Source: Eledone cirrhosa | Taxonomy: Eukaryota | Reading direction: 5' to 3' | DNA: 64,000 bases | Assembly (NCBI GenBank): GCA_964016885.1 | Contig: OZ024742.1 | Location: forward strand, 14,446,001 to 14,510,000 | Part shown: positions 37,301-50,196 of the stretch, in pieces | How positions within the stretch are numbered: the stretch's first letter is position 1 | Layout of the letters: each line of letters starts with the position of its first letter | The notes under the pieces: generated by a model | What the model was told of the DNA's origin: nothing | The model's input: the letters and a program-made list of their open reading frames with translations, nothing else | The model's database searches: none | Made by a program: the position numbers and the translations under genes

Positions 37301-37388
37301 TGTTCATGTCCGTCTGACCACGTCTACTACCATTTAACCGTGCACAACTGAATTTCAACCACCACCCATTTCACAAATATATATTAGA
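34302..37388 (-). mobile_element. Internally deleted Helitron with Rep/Pif1 helicase pseudo-ORF
   Basis: Pif1 motifs FFLDAPGGTGKT, IWDEATM, MAGDFRQTLP and SINKAQG...HGQLYVGCSRV. The 5' end is A|TCTAATATAT at 37388. The 3' end is a GC hairpin (cccgg-gtgcaa-ccggg) followed by CTAG|T at 34302. Confidence 0.88.
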
Positions 37389-37393
37389 TTAGT

Positions 37394-38155
37394 GTTGAAA
37401 ATATATAGTACAGTATTACTGTTGAAAATATATAGTACAGTATTACTGTTGAAAATATATAGTATAGTATTACTGTTGAAAATGTATAGTATAGTATTAC
37501 TGTTGAAAATGTATAGTATAGTATTACTGTTGAAAATATATAGTACAGTATTACTGTTGAAAATATATAATACAGTATTACTGTTGAAAATGTATAGTAT
37601 AGTATTACTGTTGAAAATATATAGTACAGTATTACTGTTGAAAATGTATAGTATAGTATTACTGTTGAAAATATATAGTATAGTATTACTGTTGAAAATA
37701 TATAGTATAGTATTACTGTTGAAAATATATAGTATTACTGTTGAAAATGTATAGTATAGTATTACTGTTGAAAATATATAGTACAGTATTACTGTTGAAA
37801 ATATATAGTATAGTATTACTGTTGAAAATGTATAGTATAGTATTACTGTTGAAAATATATAGTATAGTATTACTGTTGAAAATGTATAGTATAGTATTAC
37901 TGCTGAAAATATATAGTATAGTATTACTATTGAAAATATATAGTATAGTATAGTATTACTGTTGAAAATATATAGTATTACTGTTGAAAATATATAGTAT
38001 AGTATTACTGTTGAAAATGTATAGTATAGTATTACTGTTGAATACATATAGTATAGTATTACTGTTGAAAATATATAGTATAGTATTACTGTTGAAAATG
38101 TATAGTATAGTATTACTGTTGAAAATATATAGTATAGTATGACTGTTGAAAATAT
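37394..38155. repeat. 27-bp AT-rich minisatellite
   Basis: (tattactgttgaaaatatatagtatag)n. The same unit occurs at 34200-34300 on the other side of the Helitron. Confidence 0.97.
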
Positions 38156-38309
38156 GTACACGAATATATAATTAATTAAAAGTTGGTTAGAAGTGCAGTC
38201 AATGCAGACAGAGATATTATAAGGCACGACGTTATAGCTATGTATCTATCTAAAAAGACAGAGTAAGAGAGAGGAATATTGTATTATATATATTATATAT
38301 AATAAAGAT

Positions 38310-40753
38310 ATTCTACTCAACGCCTACGACAGTAAAGAAGAACAGATAGAGACATTCAATGTAGAAGAGCACTGGGAGTTCCTAAAAAATAACTTATTAG
38401 AGGCGACGGATGAGATCTGTGGCTGAAATAAGACCACAAGCAGGAGGAGAGTGACTTGGTGGTGGAACAATAAGGTAGATGAGTCAGTTAAGGCCAAGAG
38501 AGAGGCATGGAAAGAATGGAAGAATAGGGGGAGCAGGGTACATTACATAGAGACCAAGAAGGAAGCTAGGCAACAAGTATACTTAGCTAGGAGGGAAGCA
38601 GAGGATAGAAAATTCAAGCATGTTTTGCAACGTGAGGACCAGAAACAGGAGGTGTTCAAGATTGCGAGGCAGTGTGTCAGAGAATTGTGATGTCATTGGA
38701 GAGAAGTGTATCCGGAATGATAAAGGTGAGCTTGCCCTCTCAAGTGCTGAGAAGAAAGATGCATGGAAGAGCCATTATGATAGATTACTAAATGAGGAGA
38801 ATGCATGGGAAGAAGAGACCCTACCCCAAGTAGACCCTATAGAGGGGCCAGCAGTACAAGTCAGCAGCAGCGTAGTAAGTAAGGCAATCAAAGATATGAA
38901 GATGGGGAAGGCAACCGGTCCATCGGGTATAGCTGCCGAGATGCTGAAGGCATCTGGATCTGTAGGGCACACTATAACCACACGTATTGTTAACCAGGTA
39001 ATACTAGGTGTCATACCAAAAGATTGGTGCAGTAGCATCATTGTCAACTGCTACAAGGTAAAGGTGATGCACTAGATAGAGGAAACTATAGAGGTATAAA
39101 GCTGATGGACCAGGTCATGAAAGTAACAGAAAGAGTTATAGCACAGTTGATTAGGGACCGGGTGAAACTAGATGAGATGCAATTTGGGTTTGTACCAGGA
39201 AGAGGCACCACTGATGCCCTCTTCCTTGTGAGGCAGTTACAGGAAAAGTACCTAGCTAAAAGTAAGCCACTCTACCTGGCATTCGTCGATCTCGAGAAAG
39301 CCTTTGACAGAGTTCCACATGCTGTAATCTGGTGGGCTCTTAGAAAACTAGGAGTAGATGAATGGCTTGTGAAAGCTGTACAAGCCATGTATAGGGGAGC
39401 AGTCTGCAAAGTTAGGATTAGCAATGAGTATAGCGAGGAATTTAGCGTACAGGTTCGTGTCCACCAGGGCTCTGTTCTTAGCTCTCTCCTGTTCATCATA
39501 GTCCTGCAGGCAATAACAGAGGAGTTTAAGACCGGATGCCCATGGGAACTCCTGTATGCTGATGACCTTGCACTTATAGCTGAATCTATGGTAGAACTAG
39601 AGAAGAAATTCCAAACTTGGAAGCAGGGACTAGAAAGAAAGGGTCTCAAAGTCAACATGACAAAGACTAAGGTCCTGGTAAGTAGATGAGAAAACAGAAC
39701 CCAGATCCCCTCAGGGAAATGGCCTTGCTCAGTATGTAGGAAAGGTGTAGGTAGGAACTCCATTCTCTGCCCCAAATGCAAACAATGGGTACACAAGAGA
39801 TGTAGCGGGATCTCAGGAAGCTTAATTAAGAATGTAGGCTTCACATGCAGCAGCTGTGCTGGGGCAGCAAACACAGGAAACAAGTACCACCAATCTCTGG
39901 GAGGGCTCTGTAGAAACAGTAGACAGCTTCTGCCACCTAGGTGACCGAATTAGCAGCGGAGGTAGGTGTTCAGAAAGTACAATAACTAGGGTAAGAACGG
40001 GATGGAAGAAGTTCAGGGAACTACTGCCACTGCTAGCTGCAAAAGGCTTCTCCCTCAAAATGAAAGGTAGACTGTATGATGCGTGTATCCGAACAGCAAT
40101 GTTGCATGGTAGTGAGACATGGGCACTGAAGGTGGAAGACTTAACTAGATTAGAAAGAAACGAAGCCTGCATGCTCCGATGGATGTGTAATAGTAATATA
40201 CGCGAACGACAAAGCATAAATGAATTGCGAGAGAGACTGAGCATAAGAGGAATCAAATGCTGTGTGCAGGAGAGGCGGTTGCGTTGGTATGGACATGTGA
40301 TGCGTATGAAGGATGACAGCTGCATAAAAAGGTGCAGAGCACTAGAAGTCAATGGAAACCGTGGAGTGGGGAGACCCAAGAAGACACACGACCATGACCT
40401 CTGGTGTCACGCAGTAATACAGAGTACCCGACCTCCCATGGGTACAAGCTGAAGCATATAGACAATATGCCCCCACACCCTCCCACTGCAAGGTGGTCGT
40501 GGAGGTGCCACGGCAAAAAAGCACCCGGCCCACGCTGTAAAGTGGACGTGTAGGTGCCACGGAAAAAGCACCGAGCACTCACTGTAAATGAGGTTGGTGT
40601 TAGGAAGGGCATCCAGCTGTAGAAATCAAGCCAAAATCAGTTCCTGTATGAGCAAGGCATGGTCAGCCAACCAGACACTGCCCACACCAGGACAACCCGT
40701 CTAACCCATGCTAGCATGGAAGAACGGACGTAAAACGGTGATGATGATGATGA
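38310..40753 (+). mobile_element. RTE LINE copy E, older and diverged subfamily with several stops and frameshifts
   Basis: Fragmented ORFs 38451-40452 contain TWWWN, AFVDLEKAFD, YADD and RLRWYGHV. Distinct 3'UTR variant and a (GAT)n tail. Confidence 0.92.
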
Positions 40754-41624
40754 AAGTACCAGTAATGTACTGAGATAAATGCTGGCCTTGTGCCAAAAGT
40801 AGAAACAATTATACTTCTTTTTTTTATACAACTGTAAATAACAAGTTTATGTATGTATATATATGTATGAAGGAATGCTGTAATAAAATGGACAAATTAA
40901 ACTGTCTCTTATTTATGATACTAACACTATATATATATATCTATATATCTATATATACACACACACTATATATATTTATATATACACACACACAGAGCGA
41001 AGTCAATGTACAGAATGGTTTTCGTAATACCAGACATACAGACAGATATTATAAGGGCGCAACGCTATAGCTATATATCTATCTAAAAAGACAGACTAAG
41101 AAAGAGAGAAAATGCTAACCGGAAGTATTGACATTTGAAAATTTTAAAGAAGTGAATATTTAAATAAACAATAAATTATCTTTAATCTTTTAACTAAATT
41201 TAGTAGACAAAAATACCCTCACTTTCTTACTTGGAAAAAGTTACATCTATGGTGCAAAATTGGTGCTGTTTGGTCCAGCCGTTTGGCGAAAAGTTTGTTA
41301 CATACATACGGCCGTCAGCTTTATAATATATATTATATACAGGGTGAGGCAAAAGTCTTGCACCATAGGCATTAATTATGTTTTAAATGTTCATGTGTAA
41401 TTATCATATGGGAGGGGTGTGTGTATATTATCCTACATATTCTTTACTCTATATAATTGATGAATATAATATCTATCATTGTCTTATTGTGTGATACTTT
41501 TAATAAATTATCCCTACCGCGCATGACTTTTCCCTCACCCTCATCTCCGTTTTACGTCCATCTTCCACACTAGCGTGGGTTAAACGGGTTGTTTTCAACT
41601 GTTCAACAGACTGGCAGAGGTATC

Positions 41625-41665
41625 CAGTCCTGATGAAGGGTAATAACCCAGAAACATGTTGATTG
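41625..41665 (+). ncRNA. Minimal type I hammerhead ribozyme motif (Penelope-type)
   Basis: Reads CAGTC-CTGATGA-aGGGTaataACCCa-GAAAC-ATGT-T-GATTG. Intact core boxes, stem I CAGTC/GATTG, stem II GGGT/ACCC, palindromic stem III ACATGT and a GUU triplet. Confidence 0.65.
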
Positions 41666-42164
41666 TTCCTCAAAGCCCGTGTTGAACAAACAGGTGACGA
41701 CCGGTCACCAGCACGGCACAGCTTCAAATCGGGTCGTTTGTTTACAAACAAATCGAACATTATCATTAACGTTCGATATAACCCATACATACGTGTGTGT
41801 TTGCGTGTATATATATCATTACTGTTTAAGATCCATTTTCCACACAAGATAAATTGTCCTCTTCTGTGAGAAGTCAGGTGAGATGACCATGTCTTGCTCA
41901 TACAGAACTGATTCTGGCTTGGTTTCTACCACTTTACAATGTGTGCTGGGCACTTTTTGTTGTGACACCTACATACCACTTTACAGTGTGGACTGGGTGC
42001 TTGCAGCCAAAACAACCAGGTTTCATTGTAGACCAGCCCCTTTTTGTTGTGTCTTCATCACACCCACTTTACAGGTAGCGAAACAAACTCCTTAACCACA
42101 CAGCCACATCTACACCTATCGATGTATTCTCTAAAATTTACTTCTGCAGTCGATAAATTTTTCA

Positions 42165-42355
42165 ACACACCACCATTGCTACTACCACCACCACCATCAT
42201 CACCACTACTACTACCACCACCACCACCTCCATCATTACTGCCACGACCACCATCATCACTGCCACACCACCATCATCACTACTGCCACTGCCACCACCA
42301 TTACTACCACTACCACCACTACCGTTACTGCCACTACCACCACCACCACCACATG
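42165..42355. repeat. Degenerate (CAC/CAT/TAC)n triplet microsatellite
   Basis: Visible triplet runs. Explains the poly-Pro/His ORF 42044-42370. Confidence 0.9.
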
Positions 42356-42959
42356 ATGTTGAAGCTTTGAAAGCAAATAAATAAATACAGCAATTGTATT
42401 ATAAATAGCTATGTTGTCCTTCCTACTCTAGGGCCTCCAATAATCGTCCCCAACCCAACTTATTGATTTTTCTAAATTTTTTCCAGCCCATCCACTCTTA
42501 TTCCACCCCGTCCACTTACTCAATTTTGCTAATTTATCTCCGGCAAATTTTTATTTTATGTGGTAGCATTCCTGTGACAATTTTCTTTAGATATTAAAGA
42601 TATTATACATGACAAAAAAAGTATATTACTAGAAATCTTATACATAGGATGGGTTGGAGTCTCAATATGAAAACTAAACGACTAATTCTGGTTTTTAAAA
42701 GAAATCAACAGAGACAACCTAGGAAAATTACCAATTTTCCACCCCCAACCACCACTTATTCTATCTCCCTAATACTTGGGATCCAAGAGTATGTCCCTTG
42801 CTCAGAATCTCACCACATGGCTGTCATAGAAAGATTGTGAGCAGTAGGACAGACATTTTAACCTCACAGCCACACCTATGTAAAGTTGGGGATTGACTTA
42901 GACCAGATCTAAGATGGAGTCAATGTCTTGTCGCCCCACATCTTGTAACAGTTAAAGTC

Positions 42960-43200
42960 TGTTCCAACTCTGGAACCTTATTTTGGTTTCAATAACATTA
43001 AGCAACAAGGGTACAAAACTTGCTCTCAACAGGACACCAGCACATTGCAGAGTTAACTCCCAGTTACTGCTACAACTCATTTTCAGCTGAATGGACTGGA
43101 GCAATGTGAAATGAAGTGTTTTGCCCAAGAGCACAATGTACCACCTGGTCCAAGAATCAAACTTATGACATTGTGATTGTAAGTTAAACATCTTAACACA
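42960..43200 (-). mobile_element. Degraded SINE with family-A-like head and core
   Basis: Shared core reads cagctgaatggactggagcaatgtgaaatgaagtgttttgcccaag on +. Confidence 0.6.
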
Positions 43201-43662
43201 ACGTTTCTCAACTTTTTTAACATTGAGGAAACCCTTGAAATAATTTTCATGTCTCAGGCAAACCCTGCCTAAAAATTATACAGTAGAAACTTGTTTCACA
43301 AACGTCTCACAATGGTGTCTTGAGTGTCATGCAAGCCAGCAACAACAGTTGGCAACAAACTGGGAGTATCAAAAGGAAAGTGTCGCTATGTAGTTAGTTA
43401 CTATGATGATATCTATGTCTTTTACAAGCAGTCTCTCTCTCACAACACTTCGTATCGGAAAAATAGTTTTGGTTTGCGAACATTTCGCGTGACGAATGGC
43501 CTTGATGAACGAATTGAGTTTGTGAACCAAGATTCTCGTATTTTTATCATACTTTACATAGTCAACATATATTTGTTTTAATAACTGGTTTAAGGAACAT
43601 CAAAGTAAAATTACAAATATAAAATTAAACAAAAATTACTCGCTTATTTATCAGTTTCTTGC

Positions 43663-43850
43663 AGAACCCTGGGGTTCCAGGGAACACCAGTTGAAAACTG
43701 CTGCCCTAACCACTAGGCCAGACACAGAACCCTAGGGTCCAGGGAACACCAGTTGAGAACTGCTGCCCTAACCACTAGGCCAGACACAGAACCCTAGGGT
43801 CCAGGGAACACCAGTTGAGAACTGCTGCCCTAACCACCAGGCCAGACACA
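43663..43850. repeat. ~62-bp tandem repeat x3
   Basis: Unit cagaaccctagggtccagggaacaccagttgagaactgctgccctaaccactaggccagaca. Confidence 0.9.
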
Positions 43851-44059
43851 GGCTAAATACATATAATTTATGTATAGGTTACAGATATGTACATGCATAT
43901 ATGTAGTGTACATGATATACTTACAACAAAACAGAATAAAATAACAAAAACTTGCAGCAAGTACAGTACCCCATGCCCCTCACACACTTCAGATTTGTAG
44001 GCCTGTGTCAACTAATCCAGCAACCCACCTCCCCTTTAGTGGTCTACTACCAGCCATTA

Positions 44060-44700
44060 CACGGTACTAATTTTATGAAATACCTCATGAATACCTGTGC
44101 TGTGCACTCTGAATGTGAGTGGAGTTACACTAAAGCAGGTGGAGAAGTTCAAGTATCTTAGGGCTGTGTTCACGAGTGATGGAAGGCAGGAGACTGAATT
44201 AAGTGCAAGAATTGCAGTAATGCACCAGCTTCAGCATTTGGTAATCAGAAGAGAGGTGTAAAAGCCAAAGTCGCTATCTTCAAGTTGATACGTGAGTCAG
44301 CCCTTATCTGTGGTTATAAGACTTGGGGAATGACTAAGAAAACAATTGCGAACACAAGTGGCTAAAATGGGGTTCCTGTGATGGGTCTTTAGAGTAATGT
44401 TACTCGATAGGATGTATAACTCAGAGATCATAGGGTTACTCCAAGTAGTATATTTGCTACTTCCCTGCATTGAGAGTTCACAGCTCCAATAATACAGGTA
44501 TATTAGAATGTCTAAGGAAAGAATTGTAGGACAGGTTTTACAGATAAAGACAAATGGCAGAAAACCCAGAGGTAGACCACAAAAAAAGAAAAATGGCTGG
44601 ATAACATACACAAGCTTGGCTGATCTCACTTGAGTAGACAGTTGCCATCTGGCTGGCATACCAGAACTCTGCTCTCACAACCCTCTCTGGAATAAGTGTG
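44060..44700 (+). mobile_element. Highly degraded non-LTR (RTE-like) 3' fragment
   Basis: Remnant VEKFKYL and RPRGRP-like motifs in broken frames. Confidence 0.45.
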
Positions 44701-44735
44701 CAAAAAGATCTCAAAATCAATACAATATAACTTAC

Positions 44736-45019
44736 CTCCTTGACGTAAATATTTAAAAATTCCTTCTTCGAGATCTTCCAAGGTTCTCTTGCGGCCACCA
44801 ACTAACTTTTTATTCTTTTTAACTTCACTATCCATGAGAATATCGCTCTGAGTCTTTTCATGTAAACTTGTTGAGCTCTGCCCTTCCATACAGTCTGGGA
44901 CTGTATTCCCGGTCTCATTTACGGAACCAATGACAGCCATTTCAAGGTTCCGGGCACATTCCAAGAATCCCGACATCCTAGCTAAGTTACCAGCTGTCTG
45001 ACCATCCCTGTTTTTAATA
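44736..45019 (-). CDS. ANKRD10: ANKRD10-like, coding exon (phase 2/1)
   Basis: Acceptor ctctttctctatattacag| and donor GAG|GTAAGT, in frame with the previous exon. Translates (G)IKNRDGQTAGNLARMSGFLECARNL...GGRKRTLEDLEEGIFKYLRQG. The last ankyrin repeat and the RKRxLED motif resemble ANKRD10. Confidence 0.85.
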
Positions 45020-45196
45020 CTGTAATATAGAGAAAGAGTAGGAAAACCTTTTAAAAGAGGGCTTCACAAAAATAACAAACATTTAAGATTTTCAACTATT
45101 TAATTCATTTAATAGCCAACCAGATAAAACTGCCCCTGGTTCTATAATAGAAAACTATTTATTTTAACCCATTTGTTACCATATTTCTAATAATGT

Positions 45197-45520
45197 GAAG
45201 GCATGTGGCTTAGGATAAAGTGTTGGACTCACAATCGTGGGGTTGTGAGTTCCTCGTCTGAGACATGCATTGTGTCCTTGAGCAAGACACTTTATTTCAT
45301 GTTGCTCCAGTTCACTCAGCTGGAAAAAAATAAGTTGCGATGTCACTGGTGCCAAGCTATAGCTGCCTTTAACTTTCTCTTGGACAACATCAGTGGTGAG
45401 GAGAGGGGAGACCGGTATGTTTGAGGGACTGTTGGTCTTCACAAAAACACCTTGCCTGAGCTTGTGTCTTGGAGGGGAACTTGCTAGGTGCCAACCCATG
45501 GTCATTCATGACTGAAGTGA
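45197..45520 (+). mobile_element. SINE with family-A-like head and core but a different tail
   Basis: Degenerate A/B boxes, shared ccttgagcaagacactttatttca...ctccagttcactcagctg block, unrelated 3' part. Confidence 0.65.
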
Positions 45521-46332
45521 GTCAACTTACCACTAATGAAGAATACTGTATAGTTTTGAAATTATCAAGAATTTGAAAGGATTCATTAAAATATAAACCC
45601 CTTAAAACAAGCAGCTTTATATTGTTAAAACAGAGGTGGTATGGTATCAAAGGAGGTTAAAGTGTTTATCATCATCACCGTTTAATGTCCATTTTTCCAC
45701 ACTAGCATGGGTTAGACAAGTTGTCCTGTTGTGAAACATACAGAACCATTTCTGGCTTGGTTTCTATGACTGAATACCATTCCTAACGGCAACCTCATTT
45801 ACAGCGTAGAATGGGTGCTTTTTATCATGGTACCAAAATGACCACTTTATGTGACTAACAGGTTGGACTGGGTGCTTTTTGCTATGCCATCAACCCAACC
45901 ACTTTACAGGGTGAACCGGGTGCTTCTTGTTATGTCATCAAACTGACCAGTTTACAGAGTAATGCGGGTGCTTTTTGTCATGTCACCAACACAACTACTT
46001 TATGAGGAGGACTGGGTGCTTTTTATAATTATTTCTACTTTTGGCACAAGGTCAGCAATTTGGAGGAAAGTCAAGTCTACACCAGTGCATTACTGGTACT
46101 TTATTTTATCGACCACTTCAGGATGAAAAATGAAGTCAACCTCAATGGGATTTGAATACAGAGCCTCCAGCGTCAAGACAGACTTTAGAAGCAGAAACCT
46201 AGGGATTCCCGTGTTAACTTAAGGTATAGAGTTAAAACAGCATATTTGGCAGACCACAACAATAGTCAGGTTAGAGTTATTGTAGTTAAAACAGGTAGCT
46301 CTAATTAAAAAAATCCTATTAAAATAATTATG

Positions 46333-48594
46333 CAGGATTGCTAGGCAATGCGTCAAGGAAAACCGTGATATTGTCGGGGAGAAGTGTGTACTAAACGACG
46401 ATGGCACACTTGCCATCACCGACGCTGATAAGAAGGTAGCTTGGAAGTGTCACTATGAAAGGCTACTAAATGAGGAGAATAAATGGGAGAAAGACAGTCT
46501 CCCCCATATCGACCCAATAGAGGGACCAGCAGTGTTAGTCGAGGGGAGTATAATAAGTAAGGCAATCAAGGATATGAAGACGGGTAAGGCGGCTGGGCCT
46601 TCGGAAATAGTTGCTGAGATGCTGAAGGCATCTGGCACGGTGGGACACACCATGGTCACCCGCATAGTTAACCAAGTCGTACAGAATGGGGTTGTTCCGA
46701 AGGACTGGCATAGCAGCATCATCGTTAACTGTTATAAGGGTAAAGGAGACGCCCTAGATAGGAGTAACTATAGAGGCATTAAATTAATCGACCAGGTCAT
46801 GAAGGTCACGGAAAAAGTAATAGCGCAACTAATCAGAGAGAGAATTGACCTAGATGAAATGCAGTTTGGGTTTGTGTCAGGCAAAAAGTACCACAGACAC
46901 TCTTTTCATTGTACGACAACTACAGGAGAAGTACCTAGCTAAAGGTAAACCCCTCTACTTAGCTTTTGTCGACTTGGAGAAAGCCTTCGACAGAGTCCCC
47001 CGCTCCATTATCTGGTGGTCTCTTAGAAAACTAGGCGTTGACGAATGGCTTGTGAGGGCTATACAAGCCATGTATAAAGAAACAGTCAGCAAGGTTAGAA
47101 TTAACAACGAATATAGTGAAGAGTTTAGCGTAAAAGTTGGCGTCCATCAGGGCTCTGTTCTCAGCCCCCTACTATTTATTATTGCCCTTCAGGCTATAAC
47201 AGAGGAGTTCAAGACAGGCTGCCCATGGGAACTCCTATACGCAGACGACCTGACACTCATAGCGGAATCAATGGCCGAGCTAGAGAAGAAATTCCAAACA
47301 TGGAAGCACGGCCTAGAGTCAAAAGGACTTAAAATTAACCTGGCTAAGACCAAAGTTCTAGTTTGTAGGAAAGAAAACAAGGCGGCGATCCCTTCTGGGA
47401 AATGGTCGTGCTCGGTGTGTAGGAAAGGCGTAGGTAGAAACTCCATTTTATGTCCTAAATGCAAAGTATGGGTGCATAAAAGATGTAGTGGGATCACAGG
47501 TAAGCTAACTAAAAACATAGATTTTACATGTGGCCGGTGTTCTGGTGCAATAAGTAGCAGCAAGTGCCCACAAAATACTAGCTCTTTCAATTGCGCAGAG
47601 GGTTCTATAGAAATAGTGGACAGCTTCCGTTACCTGGGCGATAAAATCAGCAGTGGGGGAGGGTGCTCTGAAAGTACTGTAGCTAGAGTCAGAACTGGTT
47701 GGAAAAAGTTCAGAGAGCTTATACCACTATTAGCTGCTAAAGGGTTCTCCCTAAAAATGAAAGGCAGGTTGTACGATGCCTGCATACGAACAGCAATGCT
47801 GCATGGCAGTGAGACCTGGGCATTGTGTGCAGAGGATATACGCAGACTAGAGAGGAACGAAGCTTGCATGCTCCGCTGGATGTGTAACAGTAATATACGT
47901 GAACGGCAAAGCATAAACGAACTAAGGAAAAAATTAGAGATAAGAGGGATCAGATGTTGTTTACTCGAGAGAAGGCTACGTTGGTATGGACACGTGATGC
48001 GCATGAAAGTCGATAGCTGTATAACAAAGTGCAGGGCAATAAAGATAGACGGTAGTCACGGAATAGGCAGACCTAGAAAAACCTGGGACGAGCTGATAAA
48101 CTCCGACATCACACACTTACACCTCTCCAAGACAATGTCACTGGACCGAGACCTTTGGCGGTACTCAGTAACAGAGAAGACCCACCTTACCTAAATATAT
48201 AGTAAAACCTACTCCAGCCAATAGGCATCTCTAACAAAATACACCCCGTCCCACCACCACCACCCCCACCCCATCCACACCACCCCGTTCTATGTAAAGT
48301 TATGTTGGTGCCGCGCCATCCAGGCCGAAACAAATGAGATCGTGTAGGTGTCACGACAAAAAAACACACAGTCCACGCTGTAATGTGGCCGTGTAGGCAA
48401 CACGGTAAAAACCTCCCAGACCCACACTGTAAATGTGGTTGGTGTTAGGAAGGGCATCCAACTGTAGAAAACCTGCCAGACAGTCCTATGCGAGCAAGAA
48501 AATCACTCTTGCCTCAAGTGGGACTACCCCTGTCCAAACCCATGCAAGCGTGGAACACGGACGTTAAACGTTGATGATGATGATGATGATGATG
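46333..48594 (+). mobile_element. RTE LINE copy F (RT domain, same +1 frameshift as copy C)
   Basis: ORFs 46532-46942 and 46854-48194 are almost identical to copy C. A5 run at 46883-46887. ATGCA at both junctions. Confidence 0.95.
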
Positions 48595-48867
48595 CAATTA
48601 ACTCAATGACTAATATTTCAATTATTCCAGGCAAGGCATGGGAGATAACTGAGCATGTTTTGGTTCTATTTGTCAGGTTAATGTTTAATAGAGCACCTTT
48701 ATAAAACAGAAACTTCACTTTACTGAAGTAATGGAGAGAATTACTAAGTAGATATAGCATATTGTCATTGGTAGGCATTAAAAACAGCATATTTCAGAAA
48801 AATTTTCTGAGCCAAATTGAAACTGCCAGTTTTTATGTATTACTAGCCCTATGTTTACATAGTCATG

Positions 48868-48906
<39 letters not shown>

Positions 48907-50104
48907 GCGAAACTTACATTATATATATATATATATTTACACATACATATATTCATTTTATTAAGTCTAAATAGTGAGTGTTATTGCTCTGGAGTTTCGC
49001 CTGTTTATGACAGGGTCATCTGATGACTGTCATAAACAAGCAAACATAATTGATATTACTATAACGATTTACTGTAAAAATTTCAATTATTAAAAAAACA
49101 CCAACCACCAGTGAAGTCATTCTCTATTTTTTTAAATATATAAACCCATGCTAGCGTGGAAGATGGACGTTAAACGAAGATGATGAGAGAGGGGGGGGGG
49201 TAAAATCCCAACCATGGCACCAAGCGGTTTCAGCGTGTGTGTGTGTATATATATATAGACACACACACACCTAAAGGGTATATATATATATTTTGGGTAT
49301 ACCTCACCCTACGCTGTTAATTGGTTCCAGAAGTCAAAACTTGGGTTGAAAATGGCAGATGTCAAATTACCCCCACCCTCCAATAAACCATTACTAGGCA
49401 TTCTCTACATTACTTCATGCTGTATTTTATGTTTTTAGTGTGGTTTTTTAAGAGTATTTTTATGGTTTAATATTTTTGTCAGACCGACGTAAAGTTGAGT
49501 AAATCGACATAACACAAGGTTTATTTTTGTCATATGATATGAAAAAAAACTGACATAACTTTGAAACACTAAACAACAAAAACCAAGATATACCTGTATA
49601 ATGTTTTTCCTTTCACCCTTTTGATAATCACTCCCTTTTATTCCCCCTCTTAGTCATATTGGACTTGAAAGAAAAAGAGTCATGTAAAATAGAAAAACTA
49701 TTTAGTGTTACTGGGGATAAGGCAACCACTCTAGTGCTGATGCCATGAGAAAATACACCTATTTAGTTAATTTCATCAATTTTCAAGCCTATCATTAACG
49801 GGTTTGTGGAGCCCATTTAAAAAGTTTTTTCTAGTGACAGAAGGCAAGATTTGTTCTTAGAACACACAGGGCTGATACAGATACATCAGAAATCATCTCC
49901 TGAAATACTCTAACATTTTACCGATCCATTAGTCTATCTAGACTAGTACTTTATTTAACCTCAAATGAACAAAAGGCAAAGTTGATATTGGCTTTGCACT
50001 TCTTTACCCAGCAATCATCATCCATAGACATCACATGTCCATACCAATGCAGTCTGCTCTTTGTTATTATTATCATTATAATATCAGTGAAGATGGCAAC
50101 TTAC

Positions 50105-50196
50105 CCAAGCACTGCTTGATAGGAGATCAGTAAGCTGACACAGTCTAAACTACCAGTGCTGGCGGCCTTATGATGAGGGGTTTCACCAACATAATC
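50105..50196 (-). CDS. ANKRD10: ANKRD10-like, next coding exon (phase 0/2)
   Basis: Acceptor tactttgttag| and donor TGG|GTAAGT, 92 nt. Translates DYVGETPHHKAASTGSLDCVSLLISYQAVL(G), matching the ANKRD10 repeat as recalled ([24 protein letters not shown]). Absent from the supplied ORF track. Confidence 0.88.

Noticed and set aside
37355-38227. Hydrophobic repeat ORFs on both strands
   Set aside because: Translations of the 27-bp AT-rich minisatellite.
42044-42370. Poly-Pro/poly-His protein
   Set aside because: Degenerate triplet microsatellite.
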